Positions 1-9,601 of a stretch of DNA of 30,743 bases are shown in pieces; position 1 is the stretch's first letter, and each line of letters begins with the position of its first letter. Source of the DNA: Xanthobacteraceae bacterium (GTDB lineage Bacteria > Pseudomonadota > Alphaproteobacteria > Rhizobiales > Xanthobacteraceae). The notes beneath the pieces were generated by a model. It was not told where the DNA came from, searched no databases, and saw only the letters and a program-made list of their open reading frames with translations. A program made the translations under genes and the position numbers. The stretch covers positions 1 through 30,743 of the forward strand of contig JBGPVT010000001.1 in the NCBI GenBank assembly GCA_041491825.1, given 5' to 3'.

Positions 1-21
1 AATTCCTGATCGGAGCCCGGC

Positions 22-1260
22 GTGGCTGAGAGCGAGCGCGTCGTTATCGACCACATCGGCCATCAGGGCGACGGCGTCGCGATCATCGGCGGCGGCCAGC
101 AGGTATATATTCCTTACACCTTGCCGGGCGAGACCGTCACCTTTTCGCGCACCGGCACCGGAGAGAGGGGGGCTCTGCGCGAAAATGTCTCGTTTTCGGC
201 CGACCGCATCGCCCCCATCTGCCGCCATTTCGGCGTCTGCGGCGGCTGCGCCTTGCAGCACTGGCGGCAAGAAAATTATCGCGCCTGGAAACGCGATCTC
301 GTTATTGCCGCGCTCGCGCATGAGGGCGTCACAGCGCCGGTCGGCGATCTCGTCGATGCTCATGGCGAGGGCCGCCGCCGCATCGTCTTGCACGCGCGGC
401 GAACGCGCGCAGGCATGACGGTGGGCTTCATGGCGCACCGCTCGCATACGGTGGTGGCGATCGACATTTGCCCGGTGCTCGCGCCCGCGCTCGCGCGCGC
501 CTTCGCGATCGCAGCGCGCATCGCCGTGGAGCTCGCGACGAAGGAGAAGCCGCTCGATCTGCAATTCACCACGACCGAAGGCGGCCTCGACGTCGACGTG
601 CGGGGCTCCGGCCCGCTCGCTGCCGCTGCGCGTTCGTCGCTCGCGAGGATCGCCGCCGAAGAGCGGCTCGCCCGCCTCACGCGCCATGGGGAAATCGTGG
701 CGCAGCTCGCGGAGCCTGTATTGCGGATCGGGGGCGCGCGCGTGGTGCTGCCGCCGGGCGCGTTTTTGCAGGCGACCGCGGCGGGCGAAAATGCGCTCGC
801 GGCCATCGTTCACGAAGCGGCGCTAAAGGCTTCGAAGATCGCCGATTTGTTTTGCGGCGTCGGTACCTTCGCGCTCCGGCTCGCTACGAGCGCGCGCGTC
901 CTTGCGATCGATAGCGATGAGACGGCTATCAGTGCGCTCGCCCGCGCGGCGAAAGCACCGGGCCTGAAGCCGCTCGAAGCGGTTCACCGCGATCTGTTTC
1001 GCCGTCCGCTCGCGGCCGCGGAACTCAAGGACTTCGACGCCGTGGTGCTCGATCCGCCGCGTCAGGGCGCGGAAGCAGAATGCCGCGCGCTGGCGCGCGG
1101 CGCCGTGCCGCGGCTGATTTACGTTTCCTGCAATCCGGCGAGCTTTTCGCGTGACGCGCGGATTCTATGCGCGGGCGGCTATCGATTGGTGCGCGTGACG
1201 CCCGTCGACCAGTTCCGCTACTCGGCGCATGTGGAACTCGTGGGCGTCTTCGACCGCTAG
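22..1260 (+). CDS. rlmD: RNA (uracil-5)-methyltransferase, RlmD/TrmA family (TRAM domain + [4Fe-4S])
   Basis: N-terminal TRAM-like segment (GDGVA..VYIPYTLPGE), CRHFGVCGGC Fe-S motif, SAM motif DLFCGVGTF, LDPPRQG and catalytic YVSCNP; GTG start. Confidence 0.85.
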   Translation: MAESERVVIDHIGHQGDGVAIIGGGQQVYIPYTLPGETVTFSRTGTGERGALRENVSFSADRIAPICRHFGVCGGCALQHWRQENYRAWKRDLVIAALAHEGVTAPVGDLVDAHGEGRRRIVLHARRTRAGMTVGFMAHRSHTVVAIDICPVLAPALARAFAIAARIAVELATKEKPLDLQFTTTEGGLDVDVRGSGPLAAAARSSLARIAAEERLARLTRHGEIVAQLAEPVLRIGGARVVLPPGAFLQATAAGENALAAIVHEAALKASKIADLFCGVGTFALRLATSARVLAIDSDETAISALARAAKAPGLKPLEAVHRDLFRRPLAAAELKDFDAVVLDPPRQGAEAECRALARGAVPRLIYVSCNPASFSRDARILCAGGYRLVRVTPVDQFRYSAHVELVGVFDR

Positions 1261-1328
1261 AGCATGATCCCGAAAAGTGGGAACCGGTTTTCGGAAAAGA
1301 TCATGCTCCTAAAGAGACAATGTTCTAG
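1257..1328. repeat. Palindromic MITE/REP-like element AGCATGATC...GATCATGCT flanked by CTAG
   Basis: CTAG-AGCATGATCCCGAAAAGTGGGAACCGGTTTTCGGAAAAGATCATGCT-...-CTAG; near-identical core recurs at 16488-16538 and 16549-16619. Confidence 0.85.
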
Positions 1329-2146
1329 TTTGGGAAGCCCCAGCGCTGCTGCCACATCTGCTCGCCGATGGTGCACGAAACGCGCGGCGGGCTCACGGCC
1401 GGAATGACGCGCGCGTCCTCGCGCGAAGGCGTCTTGCCCGCGACTTCGAGCAGAAGCTTCTTGCGGATCGCCTCGACGAACTGCGCGCGCGCCCGCGCGG
1501 GGACGACAAAGGCGCCCGGCCCGCCGATCACGCAATCCTCGTAATAATGGTCGAGATCGGGAATATCGAGAAAGGACATGTTCGGCTCCTTCAACATGAT
1601 CGGCAGGCCGTTGATGGTGATGCCTTTCGCCAGCACCTCGTCGCGCGTCGCCTCGATCAGCGGGCCCTGATTGTTGGTGCCGTCGCCGGAAACGTCGATC
1701 ACGCGCCGGAGGCCCTTGAACGGACTTTGCTCGAAGAGACCGGTGACGAAGATCAGCGCGCCCGAAATCGAGGTGCGCGAGGCGCGCCGGATGGGTGCCG
1801 CGTTCAAGGTCTGCACGAAGGCGCCGGCGGCCTCCGGCCCGTCGATCACCTGCCAGGGCACGATGATTTTCTGTTCGTTGACGCCCGCCCATTCGACATA
1901 GGAGACGGAGATGCGGCCGTTCGGCCCCTTGCGGACGGCGTCGATGAAATCGCGCGAGGAAATCGCGTCGATATAGCCTTCGCGCTGCAAGGCCTGCTCG
2001 TCGGGGTCCATGGAATAGGAGACGTCGACCGCGATCACGAGCTCGACGTCGACCGCCTCGCGCTTGTCCGATTGCGAATGCGCGGCGGCGATGATTGCGA
2101 GGCCGACGGCGCCGGCCGCGAAAAGCCGAACAACAGACCGAACCAT
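1325..2146 (-). CDS. DUF1194 (vWA-like) exported protein
   Basis: Signal-peptide-like N-terminus MVRSVVRLFAAGAVGLAIIAAAHS; VDVELVIAVDVSYS (MIDAS DxSxS), IDVSGDG, INGLPI; GGAG RBS before ATG 2146. The longer ORF to 2335 overlaps ribB. Confidence 0.85.
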   Translation of the reverse strand: MVRSVVRLFAAGAVGLAIIAAAHSQSDKREAVDVELVIAVDVSYSMDPDEQALQREGYIDAISSRDFIDAVRKGPNGRISVSYVEWAGVNEQKIIVPWQVIDGPEAAGAFVQTLNAAPIRRASRTSISGALIFVTGLFEQSPFKGLRRVIDVSGDGTNNQGPLIEATRDEVLAKGITINGLPIMLKEPNMSFLDIPDLDHYYEDCVIGGPGAFVVPARARAQFVEAIRKKLLLEVAGKTPSREDARVIPAVSPPRVSCTIGEQMWQQRWGFPN

Positions 2147-2231
2147 AAAAATGCTCCGGTTCGCCCCCGGCCGCAAGGCTGTCATTCCTTCGCGGCGCGA
2201 CCAAGGCGAAAACGGGAAGCTTTTCTCCGGA

Positions 2232-3326
2232 TCAGCTGTCGAGCGTTTCGGTCGCCACGATCTCGATGCCGAAGCCCGAGAGGCCGACATAGGTCCGCTC
2301 GCGCGAGGCGAGAAGCCGGATCGAGGAAATGCCAAGGTCGCGCAGGATTTGCGCCCCGAGACCGATCTCGCGCCACTGACGCTCGCGCGCCGCCGCTGTC
2401 GAGGATGTCTGCTCGCGGTCCGGTACCGTCACCGGCACGCCGGCGGTCCCGTCGCGCAGATACACAAGCACGCCGCGGCCGTCTTGCTTGAAGCGGGCGA
2501 GCGAGCGATGGATCGACTTGCCGTCGCCGAACACGTCGCTCACCACATTGGCGCGATGGAGCCGCGCGAGAATGTTCTTGCCGTCGCCGATCTTGCCGTA
2601 GACGAAAGCCATGTGGTGCACGGCGTCGAACGGGGTCACGAAAGCATAGCCGTTAAGCTCGCCGATCTCGCTCTTCACCGGGAAGGTCGCGACGCGCTCG
2701 ACGAGCTTCTCGCGCGCCTGCCGCCAGGCGATGAGGTCGGCGATCGAGATTTGCGCGAGCTTGTGCTGCTTCGCGAAGGTGGCGACTTCGGCGCCGCGTT
2801 TGACGGTTCCGTCGTCGTTCACGAGCTCGGCGAGGACGCCCGCCGGCGGCAGTCCCGCGAGCCGGCAGAGATCGACGCAAGCCTCGGTGTGGCCCGAGCG
2901 CATCAAGACGCCGCCCTCGCGCGCGATCAGCGGAAAGACGTGGCCGGGGCGGACGAAATCGGACGCGCCCATGTTGGGGTTGGCGAGCGCGCGCGCCGTG
3001 TTGCAGCGCTCCTCGCCTGAAATGCCGGTGGTCAGGCCGTGCTTGACGTCGACCGATACGGTGAAGGCGGTGCCGAGCGGCGCGTCGTTGGCGGAGACCA
3101 TCGGGTCGAGATGCAGCCGCCGCGCCTGTTCGAGCGAGAGCGGCGCGCAGACGATGCCCGAGGTGTGGCGGATGATGAACGCCATCTTCTCGGGCGTGCA
3201 GAGCGAGCCCGCGACGAAGAGATCGCCCTCATTCTCGCGGTCGTCGTCGTCGGTGACGACGACGATCTCGCCACGCGCGAAGGCGGCGATTGTCTGCTCG
3301 ATCTGGCCTTGCGTGCGGTCGTCCAT
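2232..3326 (-). CDS. ribB: 3,4-dihydroxy-2-butanone-4-phosphate synthase fused to a degenerate GTP cyclohydrolase II domain (RibBX-type)
   Basis: DDDDRENEGD, TAFTVSVD, RPGHVFPL, GHTEA motifs; C-terminal GCHII-like domain (WREIGLGAQILRDLG) lacking the Zn cysteines. Confidence 0.93.
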   Translation of the reverse strand: MDDRTQGQIEQTIAAFARGEIVVVTDDDDRENEGDLFVAGSLCTPEKMAFIIRHTSGIVCAPLSLEQARRLHLDPMVSANDAPLGTAFTVSVDVKHGLTTGISGEERCNTARALANPNMGASDFVRPGHVFPLIAREGGVLMRSGHTEACVDLCRLAGLPPAGVLAELVNDDGTVKRGAEVATFAKQHKLAQISIADLIAWRQAREKLVERVATFPVKSEIGELNGYAFVTPFDAVHHMAFVYGKIGDGKNILARLHRANVVSDVFGDGKSIHRSLARFKQDGRGVLVYLRDGTAGVPVTVPDREQTSSTAAARERQWREIGLGAQILRDLGISSIRLLASRERTYVGLSGFGIEIVATETLDS

Positions 3327-3336
3327 GGCGGCGATC

Positions 3337-4455
3337 TTACGCCTTCACGAACGGCCAATCGACTGGCTCACCGACCTGGCCGCGATGGCGGAGATATTGG
3401 TCGGCGACGACGCAGGCGACCATCGCCTCGCCGATCGGCACCGCACGGATACCGACGCAGGGGTCGTGGCGGCCCTTGGTCGAAACCTCGGTCTCGCGGC
3501 CGTAACGGTCGACCGTTTTGCGCGCGGTAAGAATGGACGAAGTAGGCTTTACCGCGAAGCGCGCGACGACCGGCGCCCCGGTCGAAATACCGCCGAGAAT
3601 CCCGCCGGCGTGATTGGAGAGGAACTTGGGCTTGCCGTCATTGCTCATGCGCATTTCGTCGGCATTCTCCTCGCCGGTGAGCAGCGCCGCGCCGAAGCCC
3701 GCGCCGATTTCAACGCCTTTGACCGCATTGATGCCCATCAGCGCGCCCGCGAGTTCCGCGTCGAGCTTGCCATAGACGGGGCTTCCCAGCCCCGGCGGCA
3801 CGCCCTCGGCGACCACCTCGATCACGGCGCCGATCGAGGAGCCTTTCTTGCGGATGCCGTCGAGATAATCTTCCATTTTTTTCGCGGCCTTCGCGTCCGG
3901 ACAGAAGAACGGATTGCGCGCTATTTCGTCCCAATTCCATTCGTTGCGGTCGATCTCGATTTCGCCCATCCGCACCAGCGCACCGCGCACCTTCATGCTT
4001 GGCACGATCTTGCGCGCGACGGCGCCCGCCGCCACGCGTGCCGCCGTCTCGCGTGCCGAGGCGCGGCCCGAGCCGCGCGGATCGCGCAGCCCATACTTCA
4101 CGTCATAGGTATAATCGGCATGACCCGGACGGTAGGTCTCGGCGATCGCGTCATAATCCTTCGAGCGCGCGTCCACATTGTCGATCACAAGCGCGATCGG
4201 CGTGCCGAGCGTTATCTCCGTGCCGCTCGCCGGATCGGTGAAGGTGCCCGAAAGAATGCGCACCTCATCCGGCTCGCGCCGCTGCGTCACGAATTTGCTC
4301 TGGCCCGGGCGGCGGCGATCGAGATCGCGCTGGATGTCGGCGGCGGACAACGGAATCCGCGGCGGGCAACCGTCGACGACGCAGCCGATCGCGACCCCGT
4401 GGCTCTCGCCGAAGGTCGTGACCCGGAACATGTGGCCGAAGGTGTTGAACGACAT
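3337..4455 (-). CDS. aroC: Chorismate synthase
   Basis: [47 protein letters not shown] signatures. Confidence 0.97.
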   Translation of the reverse strand: MSFNTFGHMFRVTTFGESHGVAIGCVVDGCPPRIPLSAADIQRDLDRRRPGQSKFVTQRREPDEVRILSGTFTDPASGTEITLGTPIALVIDNVDARSKDYDAIAETYRPGHADYTYDVKYGLRDPRGSGRASARETAARVAAGAVARKIVPSMKVRGALVRMGEIEIDRNEWNWDEIARNPFFCPDAKAAKKMEDYLDGIRKKGSSIGAVIEVVAEGVPPGLGSPVYGKLDAELAGALMGINAVKGVEIGAGFGAALLTGEENADEMRMSNDGKPKFLSNHAGGILGGISTGAPVVARFAVKPTSSILTARKTVDRYGRETEVSTKGRHDPCVGIRAVPIGEAMVACVVADQYLRHRGQVGEPVDWPFVKA

Positions 4456-4524
4456 CGAATGCTCGCCAGCCGGAACGCGGGCTCAGGTTGTACGAGCGGC
4501 GCTCCTGAGGGTCAAACCGCGGCG

Positions 4525-4959
4525 TTAACGCACGCTGATGAAAATCTCTTCTTCCAGAATTGCCGCATCGGTGGCGGGCGGCATTGGTGCGAACTTCACG
4601 CGCAGGCGTACGCGGTCGCTGCCGCGAAAGCCCGCCACCGGGCGGTAATAGACGGCAATGGCGTCGATGAACTTGCCGAGGCAGAGATGGTCCCGCCGCG
4701 CGAGGCCGGAGCGCTCGGCGACGATCCGCACGAACTTGTCGGTGAGCGTGCCGTAGGATGGGCGTTCCGCAACCTCGATTTCGGGCTCCGGCCCCGCCTT
4801 GCATGTTTCGTCCGGCGCGCCGTAGCTCGCGATCCGCGCCTCGCGCCCGGCCGATACATAGACGCTGCGTTGCTCGCGGCGATCGAGGCCAAACGACGGA
4901 GTGGCGGCCGCGATCGCGAAGAGCCCCGCCGCCACGAGTTTCAAAATTCCGCGCGGCAT
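4525..4959 (-). CDS. Exported hypothetical protein (two Cys, YRPxxGFRGxD Ig/cadherin-like strand motif)
   Basis: Signal peptide-like N-terminus; fills the fabI-aroC gap on the same strand. Confidence 0.65.
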   Translation of the reverse strand: MPRGILKLVAAGLFAIAAATPSFGLDRREQRSVYVSAGREARIASYGAPDETCKAGPEPEIEVAERPSYGTLTDKFVRIVAERSGLARRDHLCLGKFIDAIAVYYRPVAGFRGSDRVRLRVKFAPMPPATDAAILEEEIFISVR

Positions 4960-4984
4960 GGACGCGTTCCGATTTCGAGTTTCG

Positions 4985-5809
4985 TCAATCGTCGTTCGTC
5001 GCGACGCTCACATCCGGGGCGTCGGGATGCTTCATGCCGATGATATGGTAGCCGGCGTCGATATGCTGAACTTCGCCGGTGACGCCGCGCGAAAGATCGG
5101 ACAGAAAATAGAGCGCGCAATCGCCCACCTCCTCGATCGTGACCGTGCGCCTGAGCGGCGAGTTCAATTCGTTCCATTTCAGAATGTAGCGGAAGTCGCC
5201 GATGCCGGAGGCCGCGAGCGTCTTGATCGGCCCCGCCGAGATCGCGTTGACGCGGATGTTCTTCGAACCGAGATCTGCGGCAAGATATTTCACGCTCGCC
5301 TCGAGCGCGGCCTTGGCGACGCCCATGACATTGTAGTGCGGAATCCATTTCTCGGCGCCGTAATAGGTGAGCGTGAGCAGCGAGCCGCCTTGCGGCATCC
5401 GCTTCTCCGCGCGCTGCGCGATCGCGGTGAAGGAGTAGCAGGAGATGAGAAGCGTCTTGTTGAAGTTATCGGCGCTGGTGTCGACGTAGCGGCCGTTGAG
5501 TTCGTTCTTGTCGGAAAAGGCGATGGCGTGGACGACGAAATCGAGCGGCCCGAGCACCCGGTCGCATTCGGCGAACACCGCGTCGATGGTCGCGGGCTCC
5601 GTCACGTCGCAATGGCCGATGACCTTGGCGGAGAGCTCCGCGGCGAGCGGCTCGACGCGCTTCTTGAGCGCATCCCCCTGATAGGTGAGGGCAAGCGCCG
5701 CGCCCTCGCGGGCGCAGGCCTTGGCGATCCCCCAGGCGATCGAGCGGTTGTTGGCAATCCCCATGATGAGACCGCGCTTGCCCCGCATCAGGCCGCCTGT
5801 TTCCGCCAC
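4985..5809 (-). CDS. fabI: Enoyl-ACP reductase (NADH)
   Basis: GLIMGIANNRSIAWGIA, YNVMGVAKAALE (Y-x6-K), RVNAISAGPIKTLAA; GTG start. Confidence 0.96.
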   Translation of the reverse strand: MAETGGLMRGKRGLIMGIANNRSIAWGIAKACAREGAALALTYQGDALKKRVEPLAAELSAKVIGHCDVTEPATIDAVFAECDRVLGPLDFVVHAIAFSDKNELNGRYVDTSADNFNKTLLISCYSFTAIAQRAEKRMPQGGSLLTLTYYGAEKWIPHYNVMGVAKAALEASVKYLAADLGSKNIRVNAISAGPIKTLAASGIGDFRYILKWNELNSPLRRTVTIEEVGDCALYFLSDLSRGVTGEVQHIDAGYHIIGMKHPDAPDVSVATNDD

Positions 5810-5886
5810 GAAGCCCTCTTGCCGCTGGAAGCCTTAGGAATCGCGGCCTCCTATGGCATGCACGCCTGGGTCCTTCAAGCGAAAGC

Positions 5887-5912
5887 GGAATAATCGAATG
5901 GCGCTCGCGTTC
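5887..5912 (+). promoter_or_regulatory. Candidate ECF-sigma-type promoter GGAAT-N16-CGTT upstream of the ECF sigma gene
   Basis: GGAATAatcgaatggcgctcgCGTTc directly before RBS GGAGGGG and ATG 5932; matches the generic ECF -35/-10 shape. Confidence 0.45.
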
Positions 5913-5931
5913 TTTTGCGGGAGGGGTCAAA

Positions 5932-6456
5932 ATGGCCGCGCTGAGCTACGCCATGGAGTCCGCCATGTCCGCAGTGCGCCGCGGCCTTGAGCCCCTGATT
6001 CCCGCGCTTCGGCGCTTCGCCCGCGCGCTCGCGCGCGACGCGGAGATCGCCGACGATCTTGTTCAGGACACGCTCGTGCGCGCGCTCAGGGCCGAGCACC
6101 TCTTTCACGGCGGCGATCTCAGGACATGGCTGTTCACCATTTTGCTCAACCTCGACCGCAACCGCCGGCGCGGGCTCGCACGGCGGCCCGTGCTCGCGGT
6201 GATCGAGGAATTCGAGCCCCCGGGCGCGCCGGGAAGCGACGGCTCCGGGCGCGATATCCAACGCGGGCTTGCGCTTCTTCCGGCCGAGCAGCGCGAAGTG
6301 TTGCTTCTGGTCACGCTCGAAGGCATGAGCTACCGCGAGGCGGCGGAGACGCAGGGCGTGCCGATCGGAACCATCATGTCGCGCCTGTCGCGGGCGCGCA
6401 CCGCCTTGCGCGCGCATCTCGATGAAGAGCGCCCGCCCCTTCGCCGGGTGCAATGA
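5932..6456 (+). CDS. ECF RNA polymerase sigma factor (PrtI-like)
   Basis: Region 2 (LRRFARAL..ADDLVQDTL..TWLFTIL) and region 4 (LPAEQREVLLL..SYREAA..GTIMSRLSRAR). Confidence 0.92.
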   Translation: MAALSYAMESAMSAVRRGLEPLIPALRRFARALARDAEIADDLVQDTLVRALRAEHLFHGGDLRTWLFTILLNLDRNRRRGLARRPVLAVIEEFEPPGAPGSDGSGRDIQRGLALLPAEQREVLLLVTLEGMSYREAAETQGVPIGTIMSRLSRARTALRAHLDEERPPLRRVQ

Positions 6457-6466
6457 AAGAGCATCG

Positions 6467-7258
6467 ATGACGCATCGCGAACCGCCGATCACCGACGAGG
6501 AACTCCACGCTTATGTCGACGGTCTGTTGCCGTCGGACCGCGTCGGCGCGGTCGAGGAATATCTCGCGGCCCATCCCGATACGGCGAGCCGCGTCGCCGC
6601 CTGGCGCGCGCAGGCGGCGATGATCCGCGACAAATGGGGAATGATCGCGGAGGAAAAGGTGCCCGAGCGATTGCAGCCCGACCGCATCGCCATGCGGACG
6701 CGGGGGTTAGGCCGCAAGCTCGCGGCCGCCGCCACCGTCGCCTTCGTGATCGGTGCGACGGCGGGCTGGTTCGGCCGCGATTTTGTGCTCGGCGGCCGCA
6801 ATGCCGAAATCGCCCGTGTGCTCGCCGACGCCGCGATCGAAGCGCATCGGATCTATGTTGCGGAGGTGCGCCACCCGATCGAGGTGCGGGCGGAAGAGGC
6901 GCATCTCGTGCCCTGGCTGTCGCGCCGGGTCGGGCAGCCTTTGAAGGCGCCTGATCTCGCGCCCGAAGGGCTGAAGTTGCTCGGCGGCCGTCTGCTCTCC
7001 GGGCCGCGGGGCGTCGCCACCGCGTTCTTTATGTACGAAGGTGGCGCCGGCGAGCGGGTGACGCTGACGACCGCGCGGGCCATGCGCGAAGGCGAGACGG
7101 CGTTCCAATGGCGTGCGACCGGCGATATCGGCGCGGTTGCCTGGATCGAAGGCGGTCTCGCCTTCGTGGTCGCGGGCCCCGCCGAGCGCGAGCGGCTCGA
7201 TCGCGTCGCGCGCCGCGTGTTCGACGCCTACGAGGTCGCCTCGAACGAGAAGAAATAA
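6467..7258 (+). CDS. Transmembrane anti-sigma factor (PrtR-like)
   Basis: N-terminal DEELHAYVDG anti-sigma domain, one TM segment (LAAAATVAFVIGATAGWFG), periplasmic HPIEV..HLVPWLSRR domain; directly follows the ECF sigma. Confidence 0.88.
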   Translation: MTHREPPITDEELHAYVDGLLPSDRVGAVEEYLAAHPDTASRVAAWRAQAAMIRDKWGMIAEEKVPERLQPDRIAMRTRGLGRKLAAAATVAFVIGATAGWFGRDFVLGGRNAEIARVLADAAIEAHRIYVAEVRHPIEVRAEEAHLVPWLSRRVGQPLKAPDLAPEGLKLLGGRLLSGPRGVATAFFMYEGGAGERVTLTTARAMREGETAFQWRATGDIGAVAWIEGGLAFVVAGPAERERLDRVARRVFDAYEVASNEKK

Positions 7259-7260
7259 GC

Positions 7261-8220
7261 TTATTTTCGCTCGCGGCGCTTTTGCATCAATGCTTCGAGC
7301 GCGGGATCGGGCGCGCCGAGGTCGATCTCGACGGTCGCCAAGAGGTCGCCTGCGCCGCCCTCCTTCTTTGGCAATCCCTTGCCCTTGAGCCGGAAGGTGC
7401 GTCCGCCGGACGTTCCCGGCGGAATCTTGAGTTCGACCGCGCCATCGAGCGTGGGAACGCGTGCCGTTCCGCCGAGCACGGCGTCTTCCAGCGGAATCAA
7501 GATTTCGGCGCGCAAGTCCGCCCCCTCGGACTTGAGCGAGGGATGCGGCGCGATCCGCACGGTGACGATGGCGTCGCCCGCCGGGCCGCCGGCCGAAAGA
7601 CCCTGGCCGCGCAGCCGTACCGACTGCCCGTCATGGATTCCCGCCGGAACCGTCACCTCGATTTCCTTGCCGGTCGCAAGCCGCACGCGCTTCTTGGCGC
7701 CGCGCGCGGCTTCGGCGAGCGATATCGTGAGCGAGGCGGCGATGTCCGAGCCGCGCGGCGACGTTTCGGTCGCGAAGTCTTCAAATACGCCGCCTTGCGA
7801 ACGTGCGCCGCCGAAGCCGCCGAACATCTGGCCGAGAATATCCTCGAAGCCGCCGCTTCGGCCGCCGCGGCCCGGGCGACGCTGAAAGCCTTCCGGCCCG
7901 AAGCTGAAGCTTTCGAAGATCGTCTCGCCGGGCCCGCCCTGAGACCCGCCCGCGCCCGGTCCGCCGCCGAAGCCGGAAAATCCCTGGAAACGCGGTTTGC
8001 CCTCGGCGTCGATCTCGCCGCGGTCGAACTGCACGCGCTTTTTGTCGTCGCCGAGAATCTCGTAGGCGGTGTTCAATTCCGAAAAGCGGGCCTGCGCCTT
8101 GGGATCGTTCTTGTTCGAATCCGGATGATGGCGCTTGGCGAGACGCCGAAACGCCTTCTTGATCTCGGCGGCGTCCGCCTTCTTCGAGACGCCGAGCACT
8201 TCATAGGGATCGCGCGCCAC
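7261..8220 (-). CDS. DnaJ/CbpA-type co-chaperone (J domain + G/F region + C-terminal domain, no Zn finger)
   Basis: DPYEVLGV, HPD motif, G/F-rich linker, RLKGKGLP..GDLLATV. Confidence 0.92.
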   Translation of the reverse strand: MARDPYEVLGVSKKADAAEIKKAFRRLAKRHHPDSNKNDPKAQARFSELNTAYEILGDDKKRVQFDRGEIDAEGKPRFQGFSGFGGGPGAGGSQGGPGETIFESFSFGPEGFQRRPGRGGRSGGFEDILGQMFGGFGGARSQGGVFEDFATETSPRGSDIAASLTISLAEAARGAKKRVRLATGKEIEVTVPAGIHDGQSVRLRGQGLSAGGPAGDAIVTVRIAPHPSLKSEGADLRAEILIPLEDAVLGGTARVPTLDGAVELKIPPGTSGGRTFRLKGKGLPKKEGGAGDLLATVEIDLGAPDPALEALMQKRRERK

Positions 8221-8291
8221 AACAACCTCCGCAGCCAGCCGCCTTATGTGGGTTCAAACCGGCGCGAACGCAAATGCAATAATAGCGCGGA

Positions 8292-8864
8292 TCAGGACTT
8301 CTGCAGCGGCCGCGTCGTCATCACGTCCCAATTGCCGCGATGGATGCGGCAGGCCGTGCCCTCGTACCAGCTCTCGCGGCCGTCGCGCACGCCGCCGACG
8401 ATGAAATTGCGGCAAGGAAAGCCGTCCTTCTCGTAAATCGCGGCGACCGGGGTGACCGTGCCGCGGGCGCCCGTCGTCGGATTTTCCCACGGCTGGCTCG
8501 CGCCCGCTTCGCCGCGGCCGAGCACTTCGCGGAGCGCGGATTTGGCGATCGCCCAGTCGATCGGCGACAGCGCCCCTTTCGCGCTGGCGGCCGCCGCCGG
8601 CTGCAGCGGCAGCGAGCCGGTGATGTCGCTATCGGCCTTGCCGGCCTTGTCGGCCCCTGAGTCGAAGGCGGCGCCGGTGCTGGCGCTCGGTGGGCTCTTG
8701 TCGCCGTCCTTTTCGCCCAGCAGCGAGGGAAAGGACATGCTGCAGCCCGCCATCGCCACGGCGAGGGCGAGTGCTAAAATGTTCCGCGGCGCGCCAAAGA
8801 CGGCCGATCCGTGATATGCAGAGCGCGCATTCGAGCCCTTGCAGACAGTCCCGCTGACGAACAC
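8292..8864 (-). CDS. RT0821/Lpp0805-like (17-kDa surface antigen type) lipoprotein; start uncertain
   Basis: Lipobox-like MAGC after a hydrophobic stretch; WENPTTGARGTVTP..CRNF..GTACR C-terminal domain; GTG at 8864 chosen to avoid overlap with pdxH. Confidence 0.7.
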   Translation of the reverse strand: MFVSGTVCKGSNARSAYHGSAVFGAPRNILALALAVAMAGCSMSFPSLLGEKDGDKSPPSASTGAAFDSGADKAGKADSDITGSLPLQPAAAASAKGALSPIDWAIAKSALREVLGRGEAGASQPWENPTTGARGTVTPVAAIYEKDGFPCRNFIVGGVRDGRESWYEGTACRIHRGNWDVMTTRPLQKS

Positions 8865-8875
8865 CTGAACCACCC

Positions 8876-9514
8876 ATGGCGAGCAAACAGGGCATGGAAC
8901 ACCTGACAGGGTTAACTTTCGGTGACTTGCCGGAAACCGGCGATCCGTTCGGCCTGTTCGCACGCTGGATGCAGGAAGCGTTCACAAGCGAGCCGCGCGA
9001 CGCCGACGCCGCCGCACTTGCCACCGTCGACTCCGCGGAGCTGCCGGATGTGCGCATCGTGCTGGTGAAGAAATTCGACGAGCACGGCTTCGTCTTCTTC
9101 ACCAATTCCGAAAGCGTGAAGGGGAGCGAGCTCGCAGGCAACCCGAAGGCGGCGCTCGTCTGGCACTGGAAGTCGCTGAACCGCCAGGTGCGGGTGCGCG
9201 GAACGGTGGAGCGGATTTCGGAGCAGGAATCCGACGATTACTTCGCGAGCCGCCCGCGCGGCGCGCAGGTCGGCGCCTGGGCGAGCCGGCAGTCGCGGCC
9301 GCTCGAAAGCCGAAGCGATTTGGAAGCCGCGGTCGCGCGCTACGAGAATAAATACGCGGAGAAGGTGCCGCGCCCGCCCTACTGGACCGGTTATCGCATC
9401 GCGCCGCTTGCGATCGAATTCTGGGTCGATCGCCCGTTCCGGCTGCACGATCGGCTCGTCTTCACGCGCGCAGCACCCGGCAAGCCTTGGGCGCGGGAGC
9501 GGCTTTACCCTTGA
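8876..9514 (+). CDS. pdxH: Pyridoxamine 5'-phosphate oxidase
   Basis: RIVLVK, FFTNSES.KG, RQVRVRG, YFASRPRGAQVGAWAS, EFW..RLHDR; alternative start 8894. Confidence 0.96.
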   Translation: MASKQGMEHLTGLTFGDLPETGDPFGLFARWMQEAFTSEPRDADAAALATVDSAELPDVRIVLVKKFDEHGFVFFTNSESVKGSELAGNPKAALVWHWKSLNRQVRVRGTVERISEQESDDYFASRPRGAQVGAWASRQSRPLESRSDLEAAVARYENKYAEKVPRPPYWTGYRIAPLAIEFWVDRPFRLHDRLVFTRAAPGKPWARERLYP

Positions 9515-9524
9515 AGGCGCCGGG

Positions 9525-9601
9525 CTAGTGCCCCGAATCCGAAGTTCGCACACAGGGTGCCGCAAGGATGGTTGCGAACTTCGGGCTCAAAGGGACACTA
9601 G
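9525..9601. repeat. CTAG-bounded miniature inverted-repeat element (second family)
   Basis: Termini CTAGTGCCCC / GGGACACTAG (inverted, 1 mismatch) and inner perfect IR CCGAAGTTCGCA / TGCGAACTTCGG. Confidence 0.8.

Noticed and set aside
1257-2204. Alternative 315-aa minus-strand ORF overlapping DUF1194
   Set aside because: Arg/Ala-rich alternate frame; the other frame carries the vWA motifs
2731-5043. 770-aa plus-strand ORF
   Set aside because: Antisense shadow of ribB, aroC and the hypothetical gene in high-GC DNA; no recognisable motifs
7108-8436. 442-aa plus-strand ORF
   Set aside because: Antisense shadow of the DnaJ-like gene
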